Shown: positions 1 through 10,195, numbered from the stretch's first letter. The stretch: 55,015 nucleotides of DNA from Thermoleophilia bacterium (GCA_014874175.1 JACWAD010000024.1:1-55015), one strand, 5' to 3'. Numbers and translations are program-made. The notes: generated from the letters alone by a model not told the origin.

Positions 1-791
1 GCGGCAGAGGCGCCCCTGCGAAGGCCGGCTTCCATGAGCAGAACCACGAACTCGTCTTCGCCGTTATGCCAGATGATGTCTTCCGTTCGGCAGTTATTCC
101 CCAGTAAAACGGCTGCGGCGCCAATGGCGTTGTCACCGGCCCGGCGTCCCAGCCTGCGGTTAATCTCGCCCAGGTCATCCAGGTCAATATAGAGCAAGGT
201 CAGCGGGCGCTGGTGCCGCCTGGCGCGGGCAAGCTCGCGGGCGGCTAGGTCCACGTACCAGGAACGGAGGCCAAGGGGCGGATCCCCGTCACAACAAGCT
301 TCAAGACCCGGCTCCCGGCCGGTTTCATACGGAACGAAGCGGGGATCTTCGGCGTTGCTATAATTAAGCGCTGCCTCGAAGCGGCAGACTTCCTGGCCGC
401 GAACGGCGCAGCCTCTATTTGAGGTAGTGACAGGGACCCCGGTGATAAGCTCCAGGGCGCCGTCGATCAGGCCTTTTTCAAGCTCAAATCCGCGTTTAGC
501 CTGGCTGGATGAAGTCCCGGGTTTCGGCAGGAGCGAGGCCTCGATGCGGCTGTCGCCAACGGAAAGCTCGAGTTTTCCTATCTCAAGGTCGCGAAAAATA
601 GCCTTAAGCCCTGAAATAGTGTTCAGTCCTAATGTCAGGGCAAGTTTCCTGGCTTCTTCATATGACATGCGCCTGCCTCCCGGTTCTCCTGTTAAAATCA
701 GGCGCAGGGTCCTGTATGTATATAGCTTGGCCCCGGAAGAACCGCCACTCCAGGGCTCCGCAGGAAGGTCTTCAAATGAAAATGGTTTCAT
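1..791 (-). CDS. V4R-domain plus degenerate GGDEF-domain protein (runs off the left window edge; absent from the ORF track)
   Basis: Manual translation from ATG 791 is open to position 1: MKPFSFEDL...GLIDGALELITG...GCAVRGQEVCRFEA (V4R-like)...RELARARRHQRPLTLLYIDLDDL...AGD...RTEDIIWHNGEDEFVVLL. Confidence 0.8.
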   Translation of the reverse strand, partial: MKPFSFEDLPAEPWSGGSSGAKLYTYRTLRLILTGEPGGRRMSYEEARKLALTLGLNTISGLKAIFRDLEIGKLELSVGDSRIEASLLPKPGTSSSQAKRGFELEKGLIDGALELITGVPVTTSNRGCAVRGQEVCRFEAALNYSNAEDPRFVPYETGREPGLEACCDGDPPLGLRSWYVDLAARELARARRHQRPLTLLYIDLDDLGEINRRLGRRAGDNAIGAAAVLLGNNCRTEDIIWHNGEDEFVVLLMEAGLRRGASA

Positions 792-805
792 GTGCGCGCC
801 CTTAG

Positions 806-830
806 CTACCCTATGGAATCAAGAAGAAAC
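806..830 (-). promoter_or_regulatory. Candidate SigB/SigF-type promoter GTTT-N15-GGGTAG
   Basis: The minus strand reads GTTT cttcttgattccata GGGTAG, 14 nt before the V4R-GGDEF ATG. Confidence 0.4.
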
Positions 831-1073
831 TTCGGAGCACGGGTAGTATAAAGCTAAAGCATTAAAAGTTATTGACACTGCTTCCAGGTTGGCAATACCC
901 GTACAAAAATTCTACTACGCCTGTCTTATTATTACAATTAAGGCGCCAGCTCACCTGTCCTGAAGGATGGGAGAAGCCCTTGAGAGGAGAGTTTGACCTA
1001 GGATTTATCCCGGCATGTTATTCGCAGCGTGTGAGCGAAAAGGCCGCAGCAGCAAGTGCCTACCGGGAGAACC

Positions 1074-1415
1074 TTAAAGCCCCAGGTAGTCCAGAAGCGG
1101 ATCAAGCCGCCGCCGGGCTTCTCCGAGAGCGGAGATGAGGATCCACATTTTGCCCAGCGTGAAGCCAAGCACAGCCAGTCGCTGCTTGAGGAAGAAGGCG
1201 GCCCGGGAAACCAGACGCCAACGTTCTTGGGCTTGGTAAGCGCCCTTGTTTATCAGAAGCAGTTTGGTGCCGGCCTGACTTGCGGCGGCCCGCAAAGTTC
1301 TGCCAAATATAACGGCATTTCTCAGTGCCGACATTCCAGCGGCGGCCATGGCCAGGACGGCGATTATAACCAAGAATATTTCCAGGTAAAGCAGCGTCAT
1401 TTTTTTCTTTTCCAT
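1074..1415 (-). CDS. Small hypothetical membrane-anchored protein
   Basis: 113 aa with an N-terminal hydrophobic helix; lies directly downstream of the NlpC/P60 gene on the same strand. Confidence 0.55.
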   Translation of the reverse strand: MEKKKMTLLYLEIFLVIIAVLAMAAAGMSALRNAVIFGRTLRAAASQAGTKLLLINKGAYQAQERWRLVSRAAFFLKQRLAVLGFTLGKMWILISALGEARRRLDPLLDYLGL

Positions 1416-1495
1416 TGAAATTTAATGCTAACATTCGCGCCGCAGCAGCGCCAGAGCATCCGCCATTTACGGGCATCGTACCTTCTAAAAATAAA

Positions 1496-2641
1496 CTATT
1501 GCAGCGGTGCGACGGGAGGTTTGAGGGGATAACGGCGGGCGCCGGCATAATCTCCGCTCGACGTGTCCAGAGCGGAAACCCTTACCGTCTCGCCAAAGCT
1601 GGGAGCTTCAATGAATTTCCCGCTTCCAATGTACAGGCCGACGTGGTAAGGATTTCCCGGCCCCCAGAAGACAAGATCCCCCGGCTGCAACTGGCCAGGC
1701 GTAACGGGCGTACCCATATTAAATTGCATGGCTGCGTTGTGGGGCAGGTTTAATCCAAACTGGGCAAAGACGTATTTTGTCAGGCCGGAGCAGTCGAATC
1801 CCTGCGGGCTTTCTCCGCCCCAGACATAGGGCACGCCCAAGTATTGCAATGCTGTCCGAATAACTTCAGCCTGCAATTGGTTGTTAATCTGAAGGCCCTG
1901 TAATTCGGCTGCCGCCTGAGCGGCCATTCTTGCCTGCTCAGCGCGCCGCTCCATTTCCTGCTCGGCGATAATCTGTTTAACCTGCGAGTCAACAGCCGCA
2001 AGCGCAGCCTGCCGCTCCGCGATCTTTGAGTGAATTTCAGCTTCCTGCTCTTCTTGTTTTTGCAGGAGGCCCAGTTGCTCCTTGCGCTCCCGGTCGATGC
2101 TGTCCACAAGCGTTTGCATTGCTGCGGTGTCGGCAGTGAACTGGTTTTCAAGTTTCTGGTCCTGCTCGCTCACCTTTGCCATGTAAAGGGCCTGCTCGTA
2201 GAAACCGGTCAGGCTGCCACTGTTTAACAGAACGTCCATAATGTTAAGGTTTCCTGCCTTGTAAATGGCGGTCAGCCTGGCCGAGATCTGGTTTTCCTCT
2301 GCGTTATGAAGGGCGCGGGCGTCATCAAGCTCGTGGCGGCTGTCGGCAAGCTGGAGGGTAAGGTCATCAGTACGGGATTTGGTGGCGTCCTCTTTCTCGA
2401 CAAGCAATTCCAGGTCATGGTCAAGCCCGCCCACCTGATACTGGACCATTCCCGCTTGCGCCTGGAGGTCCTGCAGTTGGAGGCTGGCTGCTGCCTGTGA
2501 TTCGGGGTTTTGCGGGGCGGCGCCTGGCCCAGGGTCGGCAAGAAGGATACCGGCCGGCAGCAGCAATATGACCAGGCAGAAAAAAGCAACCGCAAGCAGC
2601 CGGGCGATGGCCCATCTCCGGATTTCGTGTTTACCGTTCAT
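1496..2641 (-). CDS. Secreted NlpC/P60 (C40) peptidoglycan endopeptidase with a PcsB/CwlO-type coiled coil
   Basis: Signal peptide, coiled coil, YLGVPYVWGG-FDCSGL and HVGLY motifs. Start reassigned to MNGKHE because the longer ORF overlaps the tRNA. Confidence 0.9.
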   Translation of the reverse strand: MNGKHEIRRWAIARLLAVAFFCLVILLLPAGILLADPGPGAAPQNPESQAAASLQLQDLQAQAGMVQYQVGGLDHDLELLVEKEDATKSRTDDLTLQLADSRHELDDARALHNAEENQISARLTAIYKAGNLNIMDVLLNSGSLTGFYEQALYMAKVSEQDQKLENQFTADTAAMQTLVDSIDRERKEQLGLLQKQEEQEAEIHSKIAERQAALAAVDSQVKQIIAEQEMERRAEQARMAAQAAAELQGLQINNQLQAEVIRTALQYLGVPYVWGGESPQGFDCSGLTKYVFAQFGLNLPHNAAMQFNMGTPVTPGQLQPGDLVFWGPGNPYHVGLYIGSGKFIEAPSFGETVRVSALDTSSGDYAGARRYPLKPPVAPLQ

Positions 2642-2760
2642 GCGCCAGGTAATGATATCGGAACCAGATCGATTGCCTGAAGGCGCAAGGGCATCCGGGC
2701 GTTCCCCAAGAAGGGGACCTCTCATCAGGATTTGGAAGATGTTTATATGCAAAGAGCCTG

Positions 2761-2769
2761 TGATATAAT
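2761..2769 (+). promoter_or_regulatory. Extended -10 promoter element for the tRNA
   Basis: TGaTATAAT ends 11 nt upstream of the tRNA 5' end. Confidence 0.6.
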
Positions 2770-2780
2770 AACGCCGGCGA

Positions 2781-2857
<77 letters not shown>

Positions 2858-2994
2858 AATCATTTTTCTGCTACTTCGCTGTTGACCAGCTGCGGTCAGT
2901 TTAGCTATTTGTGTTGTTTCATATTTCCTCAATGACATCTTCCAGTCAAGTTAAGCAAAGTTAACTTTTCGGTGCCCCGCCTGAGCATTTTTCT

Positions 2995-4941
2995 TCAGTT
3001 CAGCTTTATGCCCGCAATTTCGTTAAAGCTGTTTTTGTAGATGACGCGCTGGGTGACATAAAGCGGCTGGCCATTGGTTGAAACTACTCTCACCGGGCCG
3101 CCAATCGTCTGGGGGTAACTGAGGGGCAGGTTGTCGCCGGCAGGAATCCATACCTGCTGTTTCAGGGCACCGCCAACGAAAACAGCTACGTTCGCCGCCC
3201 TGCCGCCGCCATTTGTAACCAGTATCCAGTTTCCCTTCATGCCGTCGGCTGCGGTCGAATCGTACCATGTAATCCAGAGATCCGCGCCGGCATTGGCGGC
3301 CGTGAGTCCCGGGACTTCTTCGAAGCTGCCGCCAAATAACGCCCGTTGACTGACGATTATTTTCTTGCCATTAGTGCAGATGACGCGCACCGGCCCGCCT
3401 GTCACGCCCGGATATGAAGGGGTTATGCGCCCTCCCGAAGGCACCGTGTAGCTTCCCATTTTTCGCCCGGCAATGAATATATCTACGCTGGCGGCGGCGC
3501 TGTTCTGATTGCCGATCAGAATCCAGTCGCCGGCCATGTCAGAAGTCAGGTCGTACCAGGGAAAGAAATAACTTGTGGTCAAAGAACCTTCCGCCGTCCC
3601 CGCGGTTTCGTTAAATGCGCTTCGGTAAATCACGCGCTGGCTGACGATCAGAGGCTGGCCGTTTGTTGAAACTACCTTCACCGGGCCGCCGATGGTGCCG
3701 GGATAGACCGGGGTGACGCGGCCCCCCGGGGGAAGGGCGTATGTTCCTTTAAGGGCGCCGGCGATATAAACCTGCACATTGGCGGCCGCAGCCCCCATAT
3801 TGCCGATCAGGATCCAGTCGCCGGTCATGCCATCCTGAGGCGTGGAATCGTACCAGGTAAAGTAATTGGCGGATGACAGGGACGTGCCGGGCACGGCTGC
3901 CGTTTCGTTAAAAGAGTCGTTGTAAATCGATCTTTCGCTGGCGATCAGCGGCTGCATTGTGGCGATCGTCACGGGGCCGCCCATGACGCCGGGAAAAGAC
4001 GGCGTCTGCGTCGGCGCCGCCACGCCAATGACACGGTCCGCGCAGGTAACCGGGCCCACCAGGGCCGCCGCTCTGGCGGCGCTTTCGCCGGTTGCCGGGT
4101 TGGCCATCAGCACCCAGGTCTTCAGCCCCGGACTTAATTGGTCGTACCAGGTGAAGTAATAACGCCTCGCCGGCATGAAGTTGTCTGCCTGAATGATGAT
4201 GCTGGCCTGACTGCTTTGGCCATAAATATTATACGCGGTTGCTGAAAGCGTGTGGTTGCCATTTGCAAATGCTTTGGTATTCCAATAATAGGAAAAGGGC
4301 GGCGACACGCGGCTTGCCACCTGCTTGCCGTCGATGAAGAGGTCGACCCGGGTTATGCCTGCGTAATCGAAGGCATTGGCGCGGAAAATAACCAGGCCGC
4401 TTGCCATGGGCGCGCCAGTGGGGGCGGGAATGGTGATGAAAGGCGCTTCGGGAACGCCGCCAAAATCAGTTGTCCAGTACCAGCCGTAACTGGAGGCGGC
4501 GTTATAATACCTGCCGATGCCGATGGCCCGGTAGTTTGGGTTAAGTATGTTGGCGTTATGCTCGGGAGAATTACGCCAGGCGTCAAAGACCGATTGCGCC
4601 GAGCCGTAGCCGGCGGCAATATTCTCTCCCAGCCAGGTATTGTAAGTGTAGCCGGCGGCGCGCATCCGGTCCCAGGGGCTGCTTCCGTTCGAACCCGCGT
4701 GCGAGAAGAAGTTGTTGATGGCCATATCCTGGCTGTGCCCGAGAGCCGAATTTGAGAGCGAGGCAGACAATGTCAGCGGCAATAGGCCGCTTTGCTGGCG
4801 GTAATTGTTGACCAGGCTAAGAAAAGCCAGTTCCTGATCATCGTAGGCCATGGCCGGCGAGGTCAGGAGAAGCAGGCCGCTGGCGAGAGACGCGAGGCAG
4901 AAAAATGTTACAAGGAGCTCCTTGATTCTTCGGTGCGGCAT
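2995..4941 (-). CDS. Secreted CAP/SCP-domain protein with an Ig-like domain and four C-terminal repeats of about 95 aa
   Basis: HSQDM..NFFSH, GENIAAG and W.NSPEH..NIL CAP motifs; VDLFIDG..PPFSYYW Ig-like segment; repeats F.WYD..W.L..N..GGPV.V...GQPL..SQR..Y..SFNE. Confidence 0.85.
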   Translation of the reverse strand: MPHRRIKELLVTFFCLASLASGLLLLTSPAMAYDDQELAFLSLVNNYRQQSGLLPLTLSASLSNSALGHSQDMAINNFFSHAGSNGSSPWDRMRAAGYTYNTWLGENIAAGYGSAQSVFDAWRNSPEHNANILNPNYRAIGIGRYYNAASSYGWYWTTDFGGVPEAPFITIPAPTGAPMASGLVIFRANAFDYAGITRVDLFIDGKQVASRVSPPFSYYWNTKAFANGNHTLSATAYNIYGQSSQASIIIQADNFMPARRYYFTWYDQLSPGLKTWVLMANPATGESAARAAALVGPVTCADRVIGVAAPTQTPSFPGVMGGPVTIATMQPLIASERSIYNDSFNETAAVPGTSLSSANYFTWYDSTPQDGMTGDWILIGNMGAAAANVQVYIAGALKGTYALPPGGRVTPVYPGTIGGPVKVVSTNGQPLIVSQRVIYRSAFNETAGTAEGSLTTSYFFPWYDLTSDMAGDWILIGNQNSAAASVDIFIAGRKMGSYTVPSGGRITPSYPGVTGGPVRVICTNGKKIIVSQRALFGGSFEEVPGLTAANAGADLWITWYDSTAADGMKGNWILVTNGGGRAANVAVFVGGALKQQVWIPAGDNLPLSYPQTIGGPVRVVSTNGQPLYVTQRVIYKNSFNEIAGIKLN

Positions 4942-5137
4942 CGGATTAATTCTGTGAGAACAGGCCGGCGTGGAGAAAATGGCCATCCATTTTGTTCAGG
5001 GACTTTTTCGGGCTTGATTTGGTTTGCCGGTTCCTTCTTGCTTAATTCATCGGATCTGCGGGCGCAGGCATTAAGAAACGGCGGCCCTGGCAGCAGCGCG
5101 GGCGGCGGAGGGATGCGTCTTTTTTCGCGGGGGGCTG

Positions 5138-7390
5138 CTATCTCCCAGTTACGGCGGTTGGGGTAATGCGGAAGGCATCAAAAACAGTGTCAATGCTCTT
5201 GATGTTTTCCAGCACCGTGTCCAGCAGCTTGGCGTCGCCGATTTCCACCACAAATCTGTCATTTACTAAATGATCAGATGTGGTGTTACAGACGGCGGAG
5301 ACTATGTTGATGCCGGATTCGCCCAAAGTGCGGGAGATGTCCTCCAGCAGGTGGCTTCGATCCATCGCTTCCACCATGAACTCCGCCCGGAAGGCAGATT
5401 CAGACGTGCCCTTCCAGGCCACGTTTATAAACCTTTCCCCGGTCTCTTTCTGCAGGGCTTTGGCGTTGGGACAGTCCTTGCGGTGGATGCTGACGCCTTT
5501 GCCCAGCGATATGTAGCCGACAATCTTATCTCCCGGAAGCGGTTTGCAGCATTTGGCCAAGCGCACGCCGACATCGCTGACGCCGTCCACGCTGATCCCC
5601 AGTTCCCGGGGAGCGGCGGTCTGGGCACGCTCCCGCGCCGGCATGGCGCTTGCCTTCGTCACAACTGAGGGGATATCGCCGGCGATATCAAGCTCTTTGG
5701 TGATGCGCGTTATCACCTGCTGCGGCGATGTCTTGCCAGTCCCCAGGCTGACATAAAGGTCCTCGGCTTTCAGGAACCCCATCACCCGCGTCATCTCTGT
5801 AAACGCGGGGGAGGCCACGATCTTCTGGCTGGCCAACCCTTTGCGTCTGAGCGCTTCCTGCAGCAGTTCTCTGCCGATGTGCTCCGAGTCGCGGCGCCGC
5901 TCTTTTTTGAACCACTGCCGGATCTTGTTACGCGCCCGCGATGTCTTGACAAAGTTGAGCCAGTCGCGCGAAGGACCCTGGCTGGACTTGGAAGTGAGCA
6001 CCTCGACGAAGTCGCCGCTTAGCAGGGTATGCTGCAGGGGCACGATGCGCCCGTTCACCTTGGCGCCCACGCAATGATGACCGACATCGGTATGGACGGC
6101 ATAGGCGAAATCAACCGGGGTGGATCCCGACGCCAGGCTGATGACCTCGCCCTTGGGCGTGAACACAAACACCTCTTCCTCGAAGAGGTCAATGCGGAGC
6201 GTCTTCATAAATTCTTTGGGATCTTCCGTCTCGCTCTGCCATTCCAGCATCTGCCGCAGCCAGGACAGCTTGCCTGCGCGACCGGTTGACTTGGCGGACT
6301 GCCCTTTTTCCTTGTAGAGCCAGTGGGCGGCAATGCCGTACTCGGCCGTCTGGTGCATCTTGTCGGTGCGGATCTGGATCTCCAGAGGTTTTCCCTGGGG
6401 CCCGATCACCGTGGTGTGCAGCGACCGGTACATGTTGAACTTGGGCATGGCGATATAGTCCTTGAACCTGCCGGGCATCGGCTTCCAGAGAGAATGAATG
6501 ATGCCCAGCGTGCCGTAGCAGTCTTTCACCGAGTCGACAAGCACCCTCATGCCGGTGAGGTCGTAAATCTCGTTAAACTCCTTGCCGCGCTTCACCATCT
6601 TGGTGTAGATGCTGTAAAAATGCTTGGCGCGGCCGTCGATCTGCGCCTTGATGCCAACTTTTTTCAGTTCTGCCTTAAGATAGTCGGCGGCCTGCTGCAC
6701 GTAATCCTCGCGGTCGGCGCGCCGCTGCGCTACCATCTGCTGCAGCTCCGAGTACTTGCGCGGATGCAAGGCTGCAAACGCCAGGTCCTCCAGCTCCCAT
6801 TTGATGCTGTAAATGCCGAGGCGGTGGGCGAGAGGAGCATAAATCTCCAGCGTTTCCTTCGCTTTCTGGATCTGCTTTTGCTTGTCAAGATGGCAGATAG
6901 TGCGCATATTATGCAGCCTGTCGGCCAGTTTGATCAGGATGACGCGGATGTCCTTGGCCATGGCGATGATCATCTTGCGCAGATTCTCCGCCTGCTCTTC
7001 TTCTTCTCCTTTCAGGGAGACTTTTTGCAGCTTGGTAAGGCCGTCCACCAGCGCCGCCACTTCATCGACGAACATCTTGCGGATCGTGTCAATTGTTGTG
7101 GAAGTGTCCTCAACGACGTCATGGAGGAGGGCAGCCGTGATCGTGATGCTGTCCAGTTTGAGATCTGCGCAGATACGTGCCACTCCAAGTGGATGGTAAA
7201 TGAAGTCTTCGCCGCTCTTGCGCAGCAGGCCCTTGTGTTGGGCGCGGGAGTAGGCGAAGGCGCGCGTGATCAGATCGCGGTCGAAATCAGGATTGTACTG
7301 GTTTATCGCCTGGAAGAGTTCCTCCAGGGCGGCTTCTTTTGCTTCTAGGCCATCTTCGCGTTTTGCGACTTGCTCAAGAATTTTAAACAC
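5138..7390 (-). CDS. relA: Bifunctional (p)ppGpp synthetase/hydrolase (long RSH)
   Basis: LLHDVVED HD motif, KLADRLHNMRT, RFKDYIAMPK, TGS domain (VFTPKG...GAKVNG), CC motif and ACT domain. Confidence 0.97.
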   Translation of the reverse strand: MFKILEQVAKREDGLEAKEAALEELFQAINQYNPDFDRDLITRAFAYSRAQHKGLLRKSGEDFIYHPLGVARICADLKLDSITITAALLHDVVEDTSTTIDTIRKMFVDEVAALVDGLTKLQKVSLKGEEEEQAENLRKMIIAMAKDIRVILIKLADRLHNMRTICHLDKQKQIQKAKETLEIYAPLAHRLGIYSIKWELEDLAFAALHPRKYSELQQMVAQRRADREDYVQQAADYLKAELKKVGIKAQIDGRAKHFYSIYTKMVKRGKEFNEIYDLTGMRVLVDSVKDCYGTLGIIHSLWKPMPGRFKDYIAMPKFNMYRSLHTTVIGPQGKPLEIQIRTDKMHQTAEYGIAAHWLYKEKGQSAKSTGRAGKLSWLRQMLEWQSETEDPKEFMKTLRIDLFEEEVFVFTPKGEVISLASGSTPVDFAYAVHTDVGHHCVGAKVNGRIVPLQHTLLSGDFVEVLTSKSSQGPSRDWLNFVKTSRARNKIRQWFKKERRRDSEHIGRELLQEALRRKGLASQKIVASPAFTEMTRVMGFLKAEDLYVSLGTGKTSPQQVITRITKELDIAGDIPSVVTKASAMPARERAQTAAPRELGISVDGVSDVGVRLAKCCKPLPGDKIVGYISLGKGVSIHRKDCPNAKALQKETGERFINVAWKGTSESAFRAEFMVEAMDRSHLLEDISRTLGESGINIVSAVCNTTSDHLVNDRFVVEIGDAKLLDTVLENIKSIDTVFDAFRITPTAVTGR

Positions 7391-9963
7391 TCCTTATAAA
7401 AGGCCTGAACCGCCCGGTATGTGGCCGAGTTTTCCAGGCCGGTCCGGCCTGCGTCCCGCAGCATCATTATCGGTTTTCCCGCCCGGTCCTCAACTGCAAG
7501 CAAATCAAGCTCCTCCAGGACCTTGAGGCACCTGGCCACCATTGCCGGCTGGCGCAGATACTTGCCTCCCGCCAGGAGAAGCCTTTCTGTGGTTTCCTCA
7601 AGAGGATAGGGTTTTCCCGTTTTCAGGTGCCGGTATACCTTGATAATGGGCGGGCGCAGGCTGAATTCGTGCTCTAGCACCTTCATAGTAAATTGTACCT
7701 CATGGGGACAGTGTAATAAATGGATGCGGGCGCCTGCATTGGTGGTGGCGACCCAGTTAAAAACGGCACGGTTAAGCGGCGGGTCAATAAAGGCGACGTG
7801 CTCGAACCGTGCGGCCGCTTCAGGTATTGCCGCAATCGTGGCAAAATCGGCCAGCCCCAGCAGGGGCCGTTTTTGGGCAGTATTTTCTAGCCGCCGCGTG
7901 AGGGCCGCGGCTGCGCAGCGCGAGCCCGCCAGCAGGACCTGGTCCACGCCGGCGTTTGCCAGCGGCAGTTGCTCCAGCAGCCGGCGGCGGCGGGCCACAT
8001 CGGCCGTCAGCAGCAGCACGCTGTCGCCGCTGGAGATAAGCTGGGCGATCTGGCCGTGGATATTTCCCAGGCCGCGCCGGTCGATCAGGCGGGCGGCCAG
8101 GGCAGGGTCAGCGCGGGGCGTGCAGCCGTTCACCCCGGTTGCCTGCCACGCCGGGGGCAGCGGCGCCCCTTCGAGGAACATGGACCAGAGCTCTTTTCCC
8201 CCGACCCGGTCGGGGCAGTCGTAATCACAACGGAGGGAGCACGGCTTTCCATCCGGCTCTGCTGGGGGGAAAAGCTCACGCAGATTAAGCTGCGGCGCTA
8301 CGGAACCGTTCCATTCATTGCGTTCCAGGCGGAATGCGACGTCGTAGCTGGCCGCGCCTGGCAGCCGGTCTGCCAGGAAAGCCTGCCGGAAGCCGATTGC
8401 GCTTGATTTGAAGCCGCCAATCTCGACCTGGCACTGGAAGTGGCGGCCGTCCCTGGTTGCCCGCCCCGCCAGAATACGGGCTCCCGGGGCCAGCAGGCTT
8501 ACGGAAGGATTGCCGAGGCCGAACGGCTCCAGCTGTGATAGCTCCTCGGCCAGCTCCAGTGTCAGCTCGGAGCCCAAGACAATCGCATCAATATAGCGGG
8601 TAGGGCGCAGGTCTGTGTCTTTCAAAGTGGCGTCAGCCAGCGCAGCAAACTCCCGCTTGAAATCGGGGATTTGCTCCAGGCCGACTGTAAGTCCGCAGGC
8701 GGCCCGGTGGCCTCCGAAAGTCTGAAGCAGGTGGCCGAGGGACAGAAGGGACTGGTGCAGGTCAAATGCGGGGATGCTGCGGCCTGAGCCCTTGCCGCTG
8801 CCGCTATTTTCAGAAATCATGATTACGGGCCGGTAATGCATTTCCACCAGCCGTGAAGCCACTATGCCAATAACGCCTTCGTGCCAGTCCGGCAGGCTCA
8901 GGACGTAGCCGCGCTGCGCCTTCTCGTTATCCGGCAGGCGGCTGATCAGCTCTTCCGCCTCGGCGATCATCCGGTTCTCGATCCGCTGGCGCTCGCGGTT
9001 GAGCCCGTCCAGATGCCCGGCCAGGCTGGCCGCCTCGTCTTCATCTTCGCTAAGCAGCAGCTTGAGAGCCGGCTCTGGATCATCGAGGCGCCCGGCGGCA
9101 TTGATTCTCGGCGCCAGGCGGAAGGCAACCAGGCCGGCGTTAATGTGCGCCTGGTCCACGCGGCCGGCCCGCATTAGTGCTTTTAAGCCAGGCCGGCTCG
9201 TTTGCGCCATCTGCAACAGCCCCCGTCTTACCAGGCTGCGGTTCTCATCCAGCAGCGGCACCACATCGGCAATGGTGCCCAGCGCCACCAGGTCCAGCTG
9301 GCGCCTCAGCAGGGGGCTTAGACCGTCACCGTTTTCCTGGCCGGCCAGCAGCGCCTGCGCCACCTTGAAGGCCAGGCCGACGCCGGCCAGCTCCTTGAAA
9401 GGATAATCGCAAAGCAGGGGGGAGATGATCATCGCAGGCGGAAGCTCTCCTTCCATCGGGCGGTGATGGTCGATGACAATGTTTTCCAGGCCCAGCCCGG
9501 CGGCGCGCTCAAGCGCCTCGCGGGCGCCGACGCCGCAGTCCACGGTAATAAGCAGCGAGGCGCCGCCGCCGGCAATTTTTTCCACGGTGGCGGCCGCCAC
9601 GCCGTAACCTTCAGCAAACCGGTTGGGCAGATGGTAAAAGACATCGGCGCCCAGCTCCCTGAGGACGCCAACCAGCAGGCCCGTTGATGTTATTCCATCT
9701 ACGTCATAGTCTCCGTGAACGCAGATCTTCTCTCCGCGGGCGATGGCGCCGCGCACGCGGGCGCAGATGTGCACCATTTCCGGGAACAGGAAAGGATCGT
9801 AAAGATCCGCAGCCGGGGAAAGGAACTCACGGGCGGCTGCGGGCGTGTCGTAGCCGCGCCGAACCAGCACCGACGCCATAATCTCGCTTGTCCCCAACAC
9901 CTCGGTTAGCTTTTTGACGGCGCCGTAATCAAGCGGGGAAGTGTGCCAGGCAGCCGTTCGCAT
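7345..9963 (-). CDS. recJ: Single-stranded DNA exonuclease RecJ with a long C-terminal extension
   Basis: GDYDVDG, TVDCG, DHH, GTIADVV, PRINAAGR, GSGRS, GGH and EPFG.GNP motifs. Confidence 0.95.
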   Translation of the reverse strand: MRTAAWHTSPLDYGAVKKLTEVLGTSEIMASVLVRRGYDTPAAAREFLSPAADLYDPFLFPEMVHICARVRGAIARGEKICVHGDYDVDGITSTGLLVGVLRELGADVFYHLPNRFAEGYGVAAATVEKIAGGGASLLITVDCGVGAREALERAAGLGLENIVIDHHRPMEGELPPAMIISPLLCDYPFKELAGVGLAFKVAQALLAGQENGDGLSPLLRRQLDLVALGTIADVVPLLDENRSLVRRGLLQMAQTSRPGLKALMRAGRVDQAHINAGLVAFRLAPRINAAGRLDDPEPALKLLLSEDEDEAASLAGHLDGLNRERQRIENRMIAEAEELISRLPDNEKAQRGYVLSLPDWHEGVIGIVASRLVEMHYRPVIMISENSGSGKGSGRSIPAFDLHQSLLSLGHLLQTFGGHRAACGLTVGLEQIPDFKREFAALADATLKDTDLRPTRYIDAIVLGSELTLELAEELSQLEPFGLGNPSVSLLAPGARILAGRATRDGRHFQCQVEIGGFKSSAIGFRQAFLADRLPGAASYDVAFRLERNEWNGSVAPQLNLRELFPPAEPDGKPCSLRCDYDCPDRVGGKELWSMFLEGAPLPPAWQATGVNGCTPRADPALAARLIDRRGLGNIHGQIAQLISSGDSVLLLTADVARRRRLLEQLPLANAGVDQVLLAGSRCAAAALTRRLENTAQKRPLLGLADFATIAAIPEAAARFEHVAFIDPPLNRAVFNWVATTNAGARIHLLHCPHEVQFTMKVLEHEFSLRPPIIKVYRHLKTGKPYPLEETTERLLLAGGKYLRQPAMVARCLKVLEELDLLAVEDRAGKPIMMLRDAGRTGLENSATYRAVQAFYKECLKFLSKSQNAKMA

Positions 9964-10195
9964 GGCTGAATCCTATCAACTGGTCAGGACAGAATAAACC
10001 CGGATCGGATGAACACCGTTTTACGTTTTTAACGGTCCAGGCGCAACGTGCAACGAAACGACAACCCCCAAAATTTGAACTCCGGACCCGGAAATTTGAA
10101 ATGCGCTCCGGCGCCCTTTCTGGCATACTTTCTGTCATAATATTTGAGAAGGTATTTATGAAGCTTTAATGGCCTCAACGGAGGAGGTGAATATA

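Noticed and set aside
870-1073. ncRNA or small ORF in the gap (TACAAT box, GAGGAG, small hairpins)
   Set aside because: The SD is followed only by TTG-ACC-TAG, and I recognise no RNA family; the evidence is too weak.
2695-2735. Hammerhead ribozyme suggested by CTGATGAG on the minus strand
   Set aside because: The following stem ends in GAAC rather than GAAA, and stems I and III could not be built.
6323-7348. Long antisense or alternative-frame ORFs (also 15534-16595, 38394-39362, 49113-50039, 51894-52760, 54129-54833)
   Set aside because: These are shadows of well-supported genes in GC-rich DNA and carry no recognisable motifs.
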